A stretch of DNA of 64,000 nucleotides from Phoronis australis (lineage: Eukaryota > Animalia > Phoronida). The notes beneath the pieces are model-generated. The model did no database searches. It had not been told where the DNA came from and worked only from the letters and a program-made list of their open reading frames with translations. Where the stretch lies: NCBI GenBank assembly GCA_002633005.1, contig NMRA01000006.1:2214795-2278794 (forward strand). The letters run 5' to 3'. The position numbers and the translations under genes are program-made. Positions 53,101 to 64,000 of the stretch are shown piece after piece; the first letter of the stretch is position 1, and each line of letters starts with the position of its first letter.

Positions 53101-55765
53101 AATTTTTGCAAACATTAATAATTTCGAAAACATATAAAATAAACTACTATCATGTACACGTGAAGGTGCGCATGTGTTGGCGTGCATACACGAGTGTGTA
53201 CATAACTTCTGGGTAATGACTATTGTGTGTGTCATGGCCATGTAGGAGTACTGTTATCAGGGTGAGTTATCGGTATCATTACAAATACTATCTACCATAA
53301 TTAGAATGTAAAACTGTACTTCATCATATTACAGATGTGAAGCATTACACACACCTTTAATACATTGTCATCTCATTACATCTCCAATTGAAAAAATAAA
53401 CAACTTTAATGATCCGTTTCTTTAACTTCATTAATATTAATGAGATTGTCTTTGACATTTGCAGCAATTTATAGAGAAGCTCTTTCTCTAGTTACAAACT
53501 AGGATTACCAGTAGGAAATTAGAAATGATTAAAGAAACAACAATGACCACCGATGTTGTGGCTGAAATTATACCCCCATACAGCGATAAGCTGTATACTT
53601 CTCAAATAGCACTGGCCTCCAACGTGGCTATAAAAAGTGTAGAACAACCCACATGTACCACTATACAAAAGAATCATTGCTAACAAAACACACTCAATTA
53701 ATCCTATTACGAAAACTGCCAACAAGGCAGGGAAAAAACATCTGACACCATCATAAAATTTATGACCACTAATCACAGGTACTACGTATTGTGCCACGTT
53801 GTCACTGCCATGGGCAGTCAATCACCACTTTTACCACTTAATTTCACCAGCCCTCTAGAATGTCCCTGAGACAAGCATCACCAACTCTGGTTTAAATCCA
53901 CAGTATGTTTTCTAATTGCAACAAGCCATATCGCATTGCTTACTATCTAATGTATTCATGAGACATTACGACAACTTTCAACAAATGCAATTCCCAACAC
54001 AAACATCTGGATTCGAACCGCTTTAAATGAATAAATTAACATTCAACTTTAGTCAATGGAACAGTAAAGTTTCTAGCCAAATGGTTATCTCAGCAGCTGC
54101 CTCCCTGACATGAAATGCCAATTAACGAAAATGTTCAAGCGACTTTGTGCAATACACTTACCACCGTATTCAACAGGTTTTTGGTTGCGGAAGAACTTGA
54201 GCGTTGGGTAGCCCTGTACTCCATACTTCTCACCCAGTTTGGTCTCCTCTGTGGCATCGACTTTAGCTAACTTTATCAGGGATCCCTCTTGCTTCAGTTG
54301 GCCAGCAGCCTTGGCATACTCGGGTTCAAGAGCTTTGCAGTGACCACACCATGGAGCATCTGAAAAGGTAAAACACAAACTATTGAACAGTGCAAATTGA
54401 TGTTCAATATCTTGTGCCTAGATTGGTAAATAAAATGAAACCAACGACTTAGAAAACTAGCAAAGTTTCTTCATAACATATACATGGGTGAGTTTTATAA
54501 GGTGTTAAGCAAACAAATGATTAAATAATAACTAGACAGTAATTTGCTCATTTTTATGTGGAAACGTGTACACAGTAGCAGAAAACAGGTTATCTAAAAC
54601 CTATAGTGAATTAAAATATCTGCATGGCTATCATTATCATCGCTGTCAATCACCATTATGTCTGGGTCATTCTAATGACAGAGTACACTTACACACAGGT
54701 GGTACATATCAGAAAGGCACTTGCATTCCAGGATACATCACATACAATTAAAACTTGTGAAACAGCAAAACCAAATGCAAAACTAGCAAAGCCAAATACT
54801 TAAACACTTTCAAAAAGGGCAATCAGTGTATCTATCTCACAACTTCCAATCCATATGGTCACTGGTTCTGATTGACAGAGGTTTCGACAATGCAAACCAG
54901 ATGAAAGCAACAAGAGAATTAGAATTGGATGCCCTAGACAAAAATCTCCATAGAAATTTAGTTCATTTAAACGAAAAGGCACAATTACAGCAATCTACTA
55001 CACCTATGGGTGGTTTAAATAGAATTAGAGCATGTGATTAGCTAGTCTGCTGATCCAAATGTCACAATCTGTTTAAATCTAACTGAAAACATTGAATAAA
55101 AGAACTTTTATTGGACTTGGCACAAAATTCCGCAAAGTGAGGAGAAAACATTGTACGGTAGTTGTAGCCGGTTGGCAATTACCGTTATGTAACAAGACCA
55201 ATTTAATTGGCATCTAGTATCATAGGCCACTATAAATATGCCATATGGCAATGCAAGTAAAGTGGGAAATTCAGATCAATGGAAAAGTGACAAATTTAAG
55301 GTAGAGGAATGTAATTTCTGAAGTAATGCGTGGTTCTTTGGTACTTGTTTCGATAAATCTTTAATTCTACAGAGGAAGCAAGAACAACCCAAAGTGAGTG
55401 TACAAACGTCGAACGTGACCCGGCGACAGTGACCTACACGGAATCAATAGGTCATCACCGAAATGACACTTTGAAACACCTTAATAATTGAACACAACTT
55501 AAAACAAACCAACATGATTTCAGACGTCAGTGCCACTTCAGTTGCAGTTAACAGTTTGCAATGGTAGTCACAACCAAAACCAAGGCAAGGGTCAAAGGAA
55601 AACACTTCGCTACTTACAGAATTCCACCAACACGTATTGATTTGCTGAGATGACTTCCTCAAAGTTTTTCTCTGTTAAGACAAGAACATCTTTCTCTTCT
55701 TTAACCTCAGCATGGATGATCACAGCACCAACCAGCAGACACAAGGAAAAAGTTGCAAGCTTCAT
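44137..55765 (-). CDS. P4HB: Protein disulfide-isomerase (PDIA1/P4HB), ~514 aa
   Basis: Exons 55765-55618, 54359-54162, 52951-52818, 51189-51052, either 50092-49988 or 49907-49803, 47030-46704, 46306-46186, 45682-45507, 45073-44981, 44241-44137. The protein has a signal peptide, two APWCGHCK active sites, an acidic tail and a C-terminal KEEL. Confidence 0.96.
47038..48203. repeat. Haplotype-like duplication (47038-47433 / 47805-48203) with an insertion in the first copy
   Basis: Both copies run tggatagaagacaacc...gaacaccatta; N at 47804. Confidence 0.85.
47434..47803. mobile_element. PIF/Harbinger-like element end, present in only one haplotype copy
   Basis: Begins GGGGCTGTTCCA immediately after TTA, where the other copy continues aagctttc. 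It is truncated by the gap. Confidence 0.5.
49803..49907 (-). CDS. P4HB: PDI alternative exon 5b
   Basis: aacgtag|[35 protein letters not shown]|gtaaga; 105 nt, phase 0-0. Confidence 0.9.
49988..50092 (-). CDS. P4HB: PDI alternative exon 5a
   Basis: tgtttcag|[35 protein letters not shown]|gtaagt; 105 nt, phase 0-0. Confidence 0.9.
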
Positions 55766-55825
55766 TTTCGGAAAAAGACTGTGCTGTTCTGAAGGGATCT
55801 GATATGACAACTGTACACTACCACA

Positions 55826-55912
55826 TTCAACGTGGCAAGAGGTCGTTTTTTTGTACGCATGCGCTTATATCCGGTCTGACCGGACTGGAATGTCGTGTGG
55901 GTTTCTGATTGG
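55826..55912 (-). promoter_or_regulatory. PDI proximal promoter with ERSE-like element
   Basis: On the minus strand: CCAAT-N9-ACACG at 55912-55894 (ERSE consensus CCAAT-N9-CCACG, 1 mismatch), TATAAG at ~55869-55864, GCGCATGCG (NRF1-like) at ~55863-55855 and TGCCACGT (bZIP/UPRE-like) at ~55837-55830. Confidence 0.55.
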
Positions 55913-56410
55913 ATGAATTTTAGTCATAATCTCTGTAGTTAAAAAGCGTCACGTTTCAAAACATTTCTGTCCGTAGTAGCTTCAAACTTGGGAGTAATAT
56001 AGCACAGTGGTCTCACTTTCACGGAATAGAAATAAATGCGGGTTAGTGTATGCATTGAAAATACTTTCTTTTTATTTTCAATCGAGACTTAAGCATGTTT
56101 GAAGAAGCTGATGTTTTGAAAAGTATGAAGAATAAAATCTCCAGCACCCAATGAACTTCCACCCGAATTCTTTTGTAAAAAAAACATCGAAGCATTTATT
56201 AACAAAGCACTAATTGTGCTCCCGAATCCTTGTTTTTGATTTTGAATAGTTTCGAATTGAAACTGGACGAATTTTTCATGAAGATTCGAATTCTTTGAAC
56301 AATCAGCTAGCTATTTCAATCGACAAATTAACTTTCAAAACAGAAAGACTTTGTTCTAATCCCAGAGTAAAAACATTTGACTGATATCGTGATCTTTTGA
56401 AAGAAAATAT

Positions 56411-56661
56411 CAGGGACCTGTTCCAAGAAACTGAATCAAGTTCATTTTTGACTTAAGTTTAAGATTTGTCTTAACTTCCAAACTTTGAAACTTCCATATT
56501 CGGTATAGTAAAAATTACGACAAAACTTGTGTCAAACACTTAAGTCAAACTTAAGATCTCTTTCTTGAATTGGTTTTGAGACAAATTTAACTTTTATTTT
56601 GAAATTTACTAAACTCTAAGATTTGTCTTAACTAAGTCAGTTTTGTTGGAACGGGACCCTG
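56411..56661. mobile_element. Harbinger-like MITE upstream of PDI
   Basis: cagggacctgttccaagaaactga at the left end matches the reverse complement of the right end (cagggtcccgttccaacaaaactga). Internal taagatttgtcttaac is repeated. Confidence 0.7.
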
Positions 56662-57450
56662 GCAGCTAAAAATAAAGCGGGAAGAAAACGTATGCAAAAC
56701 AAATCCAAATGGACAAAACGCTTTGAAGCCGAAACAAGATTAAAAAAATTCATTGTGGATGGAGGGACGAACATTTTAGATCACTTGGTGTTGTAAACAC
56801 AAAATTTTTTGGAGTGAATATCTTACTTTATTTTCAGAATTTCAGTAATATAGAATAGGAAAAAACAAGGAAAAAATCATACATATGGCTTATCGAAAAG
56901 AACCGGATAATAACAATATTTTGGAATATTGGACATTTTAAAGTAGCTGCAGTGAAGAAAAGTAATTGTCAGATATCCATCCAATATTATTTAACCTCCA
57001 TTGACCTAATCGGGCTTGTGGGTCTATTTTGTGCAAGTAAATTCTGTGCAGTAAACGTCCAAGGTGTAAGGATATTTTTCAAAAGTGTGTTAAACAAAAT
57101 ACCTCTCCAACTGCACAAGCAAACTTTGCAGAAAAGGGTTTTCAAATAGACATAAACAAATGAACATGTCTCTACTATCTAGCTTTCAAATGTACCGCAG
57201 AAATGTTGCCTACAGATTTGTATTTTGAGTAGAATTTTGGAAAAAAGCTTGTGAAAAGTTGAACAGCAGCAGCGGATTTGACTTAGGGCAGAAATAACTC
57301 TCTTGGCCACCGGAGATTCCTTCGCAGACTTGTCGCCATCTTCAACACCGTACAGCTCGATACTTTCCACCTCATCAACAAGAGTTTCCAATGTTGACTC
57401 AACCGCCTCAGATGGTGCCGGTGACGCTGAGGTCAACTGTCACCCTAACA

Positions 57451-57687
57451 CAGTGCGCGCACCAAGCCTAAAAATGGGGAAGGGGCTCGAATTTTTGTAA
57501 ATGCGTACCTTTTACTAAGATTCACCGAATTTTGGTAGTTCCTACCTTTTCAGTGGACTTTTGTCTAATTTTCTATTTTTTTCGGAGTTTTTGTTTCTCT
57601 GAGGCAGACTTTTTGCCCAAATGAGGGGGGGGGGGGGGNNGGGGGTCGTCCAAGCCCCTCCCCCCCCGCGGCCTGGGTGCGCGCATG
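57451..57687. mobile_element. MITE with CA(G)TGCGCGCACC TIRs and 5-bp TSD TAACA
   Basis: TIRs are flanked by taaca at 57446-57450 and 57688-57692. Related internal sequence recurs at ~59997-60070. Confidence 0.75.
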
Positions 57688-60600
57688 TAACAGCTGCCGT
57701 CTTGACCACCGGTAAGATCACAGTGAGGTTTGAAGTCCAATGTTGTTAACGCTAACAAGCCTTGTTCTTCTAAAGCCATCATATAATTAAAGGCCAGACC
57801 TACATGACAGGATACTGTCATAAATAAGTATTTACAGAAATGCGGCTACAGGAAGAAACTTAGGGAAATACAGTTTGGCTTAAATTTTGCAATGCCCACT
57901 AACAAAAAGAAACTATAATAGGCGTTCGCAATATTTACCGACAATGCTGTATTTTCGACAATCACTTTTTTAATTCAAGAGACTTCCGCAAATCTTGGCA
58001 GCATTTAGACACGACATTTTGATTCGGGTACCCGCTGAGAGTCTCTATTGACTGAGACACTTGAATGGCACTAATTTGCATACGGCATTGGGCCACGCAT
58101 AAGGACATTTTTAAAGAAGATTGTCCACCCCCGCCTCCCGTTCAGTAACGCTAGGACCTCGCTAAAAAGCAAGACTTCACGAGATTATGTCAGATATTGC
58201 CGTGTATTTTAAATACGAACACGTGACTTTGACTAGATTTTAGCTAGGTTCTAGCGTAGGTACCTAACGACTACTGAACGCACGCCTGGCCAACCCGCGA
58301 TCAAGAACGCCTGGAAAGCAAGAACGAGGCTTTGCACCAAAAATGGAAGACGACAATGACGTACCCGGTGAGTTTAAGTGACATTTTCTTCTTAAATAGC
58401 GGCCACTTTGTTGCGAATGCGATTCACAGAAAAGCTTCACAACTTAGCCTCTGTTGCAGATCTGAAATGACGCTTGGCTTTTGCTTATTTTATAAAATAA
58501 AGGGCGCAGAAAGTAATGGCTTTCGGTAAAGTGCATTGCGCCTCGTATAAATTATACTATAATCGACAATTTCTACTTGTCATTCGCAGTTCCAGGGTTC
58601 TAAAATAGAGACGTGTGACGTTTATAGCAAGTTAATCGTAAGCCTACCTGGGGACATCTTTCTTATGTTTTGTGAAACAGTTCGAAACATTTACCAATAC
58701 AAGCAGGTCCTTGTGTGAGACATCGATTGGGAACGATCGTGAATGCAAAAAAGCGATCGTGAACGCACATTAATTTTTTTCTTTGCAATTGGCCTGAATA
58801 ATCGTTCAAGTTACGGTGTTATGTCAATAATTTCAACTCTGTTCCTGAATTAGTTGACGGGTTGGTTGTTGAATCAGGGCCGTAGGAAGCGAGGGGGGGG
58901 NAAAAATTTTCGGGCATCATGGTTAAGTCGTGGCAACCGACGCGGAGGGCATGGACAGTCGAGAAAAGAACGACTGCTAAATGCGGATAAAATAGAAAAC
59001 TCAAGAGAACATTTTACAACTCAGTGCATGGTTTACCTTTTGAGGATCATGGCCAGGACATTGTTGTTGGGGTCTCCGCTTTCGCAGCACAGGTCGTCTA
59101 AATACACTTGGAAACGTGCACGTAATGATTCATGCGCATATTTCGAAAAATCGACAAAATTTGTAAAGTGAAGCTTTCGTATTAATTTATTGGATTTTTA
59201 AATTCAGTAAGTCAATTTTGCGACTGCAAACCCATATCTTTCCAAAGGCCCCTCTCTGGCAAGGGATAACGGAGACAACTGTCGCTTTTTTCTCGAATTG
59301 TATATCACTTGAGAAAAATTGATGACCTAACAGATATCATCAATTGGTGCACATTTCTTGATTTTTGAAAATGTAGATATTTTCACATAGAGGGGCCCCA
59401 CTTCTGAAGGAGGCCATTGATGACATTCAAGTGACCACAGTTTTTATATTTCTATTGACAAATTCTTAAGGGTAAGTTAACGGAGAGAGGACCCAATGTT
59501 GGACTCGATTACGTCTATTTTCCTGATTTTTTTGTGAAATCGTGCAGCCAACTTTGATGTTGAAGAAGGTCACTTCCTGCATCGTCGTCTGACCACACGA
59601 TGGTGGAATGAACTGTCACTCTTTTCCAAGCTTAATGATGTTTAACTTTTCATTCTTCAGGTGTCCCATTTCAGACGGCACCCTCTCTCGGTGGAGCAGT
59701 TCGGAGAAATGTCCCTTTGTCCCTCTTTACATGTAAATCCGACACTGCCAAGGGTTCAAGAGGGAAGCTGTTATTCGAAATTCACAAAAAACTCAAAACA
59801 TTCGGGTGCACAGCACATTATTAACAAGACATTCGACCCAAACAACCAAAAATGTGAAAAAATGCAATAGGATTGACCGCTATTGTAAGGGAGTCAGGAA
59901 TTTTAAAGAACGTGAAGACTGCTGTTTTTTAATTACAAAAAACGAATACGGGGTTCGTTTAGGGCTATGACTTGTGCATACGCCGTATCCTGCCCTTTTA
60001 GTGGACTTTTGTCTCGTTTTTCTCGGACTTTTTGTTTCTCTGAGGCGGACCTTTTTGTCCACTTTTCCATCGAGCTTCCCAAGCCCCCCAGTTGAAATGT
60101 GTACATTTTTGGGACCACTCTGTATCTTTTTCCCCAGCAATCTGAAACTGGACTACCGGCTGTGTTTCATCAAGTGATTCTGAAACGGCCACAGAGGCAC
60201 TCATACCAGGCACCTGGGGACCTCAAATTCCAAAAATTATTTCAAAGAGTCCCCATAATATAAAAATAATTGCAGGTGGTCTGATACACGTTGTACCAGA
60301 CGTGCGCAGGCTTTGCATGTGGGCCCATTGCACTAATCACCTGGAAATATTTTTATGCTTTAGTAATATATGGTTAAAACCGAGCTGAGGAGCTAGAAAC
60401 CTGGCTCAAGGGTTTAGCATTGTGATCTTGTGGTAAAGAAAGCGGGCACTTATCAACAAGGCCACACTGCCTCCTCTAAAGAGACCCCATAATAAAATGA
60501 AGTTTTCTCGAAAATGGATCATAATAAAAGGAACCTTGACCTTTGACCCAGCTATAGCTACTTCAGGCAGCTCTCAGCTACTCGTCAGTGCGCTCGGGAC

Positions 60601-60957
60601 CTAGACGCATTCTTACGCCGTGAATCTTTGTTGGTTCACGGTTACTAAAATCTTGATGGCTGCATCCCCGGTATTATCTTCACCTATGGCGGACGTGGGG
60701 GGGGGGGGGGGGNNNNNNNNNNTTGTTTCGGTACAAATATGGTGACATCCAACGGGGTCGTGACGATAGCAAGGGAGTAGGTTGGCGAAGTCAAATTGGT
60801 TTAGGGCCCCTCAATAATTTTTTCCTTCCTACGGGCTTGTAAATATATTTCACTGTTTTCCATGATTTCGTTGTGAGATTGAGCCTAAAAATATAACTAA
60901 ATGCGTTTGATATTTTTCTGTTGAACTGCTGGCACAAGACAAAAAGTCTTTTAAGGT

Positions 60958-61307
60958 CAGTGTTAACGTCTACGCCTGCAAAAAAGATCAAGAGTAGTAT
61001 AACCGATGCATGTGACGAAGGACTGTGTGTACATGTTGCGGAGCTTCATTCAGGAATAAATCGAGTCGATTTGACCACATGGCGATAAAACACAGCGACC
61101 CTACTGCAAGCAAGATCTTTGCCTGCCGTGTTCTCAGGAACCAAGTCAACTCAGTGCCCCACCTGTGATCAATGTTTCACGAAGACTGAGCCTGAAGCGA
61201 CACACTACGTCACAGCACGAGGACAGTACTTTTTGTTGTGAATGGGGCAAGTCAGCACTACTAATGTCTCCCTCTTCAGGCAAAAGAAGCAGAAACGTCA
61301 TGAATAA
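60958..61307 (+). pseudogene. Frameshifted three-finger C2H2 zinc-finger coding relic
   Basis: CTCCGASFRNKSSRFDHMAIKH (61028-61093); CPTCDQCFTK/LSLKRHTTSQH (61155-61218, frameshift); FCCEWGKS/TTNVSLFRQKKQKRHE* (C>W, H>Q, frameshift). Confidence 0.7.
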
Positions 61308-63066
61308 GTCGCATAGAGAAGGTTGTCAAGTCACTATAGTTCGTTCAAATTTACAAAGTTTATGGTTTGAAGTTGCCTGATGTAATAGTATTTGCACATT
61401 TCGATCATAAGTAACAAGTTCACTAGTGGTCGACACACCACAATGGGTTCCCGATGGCATAAATAAACACAAATTTGCGTTCCCGATCGGCTGTCATTGC
61501 GTTCTCGATCGCTTCTTTCATCAGAAAAGTGTCGAAAATTCAGAGGTCCTGAAAACCACGAAAAACAAGAGGTTGTGTGCACTCTTTCACGGTGCTACGA
61601 AAGGTATAAAGCACTGTAGATTTTTATACCATGGCTTCTCATTGGTTAAACGACGTCATACATTCAGTCATTCCCATTGGTTGAAATCTGGGAAACCCTT
61701 TCAGTTTACTCTTACGTGGTATGGCGACCACCTTTGACTTGAATAGTTGTAATTTATTAAGACGGGCATTAATCGAAGTAAACAAAATCAAGAGAATACC
61801 GATCCCGCAGCTAAGCCCCAAAGAAGTACAGCGCATAGAAGACGTGTGCAAGTGGTTGCGATGTGATCGATAAATTTCCGTCCAAGCATGCGCATTGATG
61901 CTCACACACACGGAGTACCGTGTGTCGTTCATCATGTTTCCACAGGGCCACTTTTCAGTACAGGTGGCTTTATGTCAGAGGGTAGAGGCTGTGTTATATT
62001 TCCATGCGTCATTCCTTCATAACTTCATGATTAACTTATTGGTATATTGACATAAATAACCACAATTTGCCAAAATGACTTACAAATGCTACGGATAACG
62101 TACTCTTCTCCAATAACTGGAAGAGACAATGGCCTAAACCTCTGCCTGTCCTTCCTCATAGTGTTCCGCCTTCCAGAACGAAGCCTTCATAAATCAAGGC
62201 TACAGCCTCTTTTGCTCAAAATGCTCTAAAAAGTTTATAATAAAAAACTAAGACCTATTTTAAAAATATGAGACACGGTTCCCTAAAAATGCCTTTATCA
62301 ACACGTTGACAAAAGATCGATGTGATTGGAGAAACAATATTAATAAAATCTCTGTTCAGTTCAAAGTGAAAAAATACGAAAAAACACATATCTCGTGAAA
62401 AAATAAAGACAAGTAAATAAGAATATTAAATAGGAAATTTATTCACCTTTTAGAAAATATATATTTAGTAAGGGTTAGAGCTAACGGAATTTAAGATACT
62501 TACATGTAAATATAACCTGGTAAACAAGGTTCACAGTTACTTTAAACTCATTGACAGTAAAAACAACGAAAATTCATCAAAATTCTGCGGAAATTCCCAG
62601 TATAGAAAACGGCAGTGGTGCTTATTGCAGGTAGAAAGACGGTAGGTGTTGAGGTCGGTACTAGGGCTCCTTAGGAGACCTATTGAACATCGCACGAGTT
62701 CCTCAAGACTTTGTTGTCAAAATACAGCCTCCCCGCAATTTCTGGTACTATACACTGTTCGCGAATGCGGTCACTTTGTCAATGTGAGTGCCCCCTTGGT
62801 CATTCCTTGTATAGATATAACGTGTTAGAGTGCATCTTCAAACAGACTCGCGACCAGACCACAGCGCCCGCCAAAATATCAATTCTTCGGAAAACGAGTT
62901 TTTTTTTCAAAAGTATTACATGTACTTGTACACTGTATGATATTGCGCAAGACAACTTTACTATACACCAGTCAAATTCGAGTGTGTGGGGTGTAACAGG
63001 ATGACACGGCATGACATAAGTAAAGAAACTAGTTACCTAAAGATATCAGCTATAGAGCTGCTCTTT

Positions 63067-63422
63067 CAGCGGTGGATCCATCTAAAATGCTTGACTACTT
63101 CAGAAGTGTCGACATAAGAGCGCGCTCAATTGATCTCCGGGGCTTTGCCGATGAGCCACGAAGACTCGAAATGCGTTGATTTTCATAACAGCAATTCACA
63201 ATGCAAAAAAAAATATATTTTCAGAATGACCCCCACCCCCCCAACATTTTTTTCCAAGTTGGTTTACTTGGGGTTTACACACGCTGGCGCAGCCGTTTTT
63301 TGTTTTGCTGGAGACGTTTTTTTTTTTTTTTTAATTTTTGGGTCCTGGCCCGAGGGGGGGGGTTTAANTGGCCCGAGGGGGGGGTTTAAACCCCCCGAAC
63401 CCCCCCCGTAGATCCGCCACTG
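63067..63422. mobile_element. Degenerate CAGTGGCGGATC-type MITE
   Basis: Ends cagcggtggatcc / gatccgccactg with poly-G/C tracts; no TSD seen. Confidence 0.4.
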
Positions 63423-64000
63423 GGGGACAATCAGAAGCTGAGGACGCATGTGGGAAGGACACTGTACTTTAGTCTTCGTAGCTACCTATGATTAGTAATG
63501 CAAATTAAGAGTTTGTTTACTTTTAACACCAATTCAATGTGTTTACCCCATAATATGGATAAGAACTTTCAAACACGGATTTTGGAATTCCCAGGTTCGA
63601 ATTTCCTGTTGCAAATAGCACTGACAACTCGTCTCTACCATCTGCACGATTTGTCCGCGCTTTTAAATTATGCGCGATTTTTAGCAACTTCGTGGTATAA
63701 TGCATAATACATTCAAATTGCAATTTTTTTGGTTATCTTCGCTACCCAACCACGGCATATCCTTCACGCTGACAGCTACAGCAGTGGATGGTTGCAGTTC
63801 AATAAAAAGTCCAAAAATGAATATAGTATAGAAACGAAAAGAAAAAAGGTCATGCTTACGGACTGAACAGACAGACACAACACTGCTTTCAGCGACATCT
63901 GTGACTTCATAAGCTACCTCGCTGGTTCCCTCCTGTTCACTAGCGGAAACGCAGGGAACCACCGAGAAAAGCCGCTGTGAGCATTGACATCACCGTGACA

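Noticed and set aside
63681-64000. Minus-strand ORF at the right edge
   Set aside because: No recognisable domain, and splice context cannot be established at the window edge.

Overview
This is an AT-rich eukaryotic (invertebrate, probably lophotrochozoan) draft-genome window with three intron-containing genes, which I spliced by hand. (1) An NR1-like orphan nuclear receptor on the minus strand, from ATG 24221 probably running off the left edge. (2) A FERRY3/C12orf4 orthologue on the plus strand, 26468-41112, head-to-head with the receptor. (3) Protein disulfide-isomerase (P4HB) on the minus strand, 55765-44137. The main result is that two genes carry tandemly duplicated, apparently mutually exclusive exons. 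In the receptor, two 151-nt exons each encode the second zinc finger of the DNA-binding domain with different D-boxes, and including both causes a frameshift. In PDI, two 105-nt exons cover the b/b' junction. Also present are a two-repeat element with LTR-like ends and tRNA-like A/B boxes (TRIM/Helenus-like), a repeat array with a CTCF-like motif in each unit, several MITEs, a frameshifted three-finger C2H2 pseudogene, and four near-identical duplications around single N bases that look like uncollapsed haplotypes. All calls are by eye, with no database searches or expression data.
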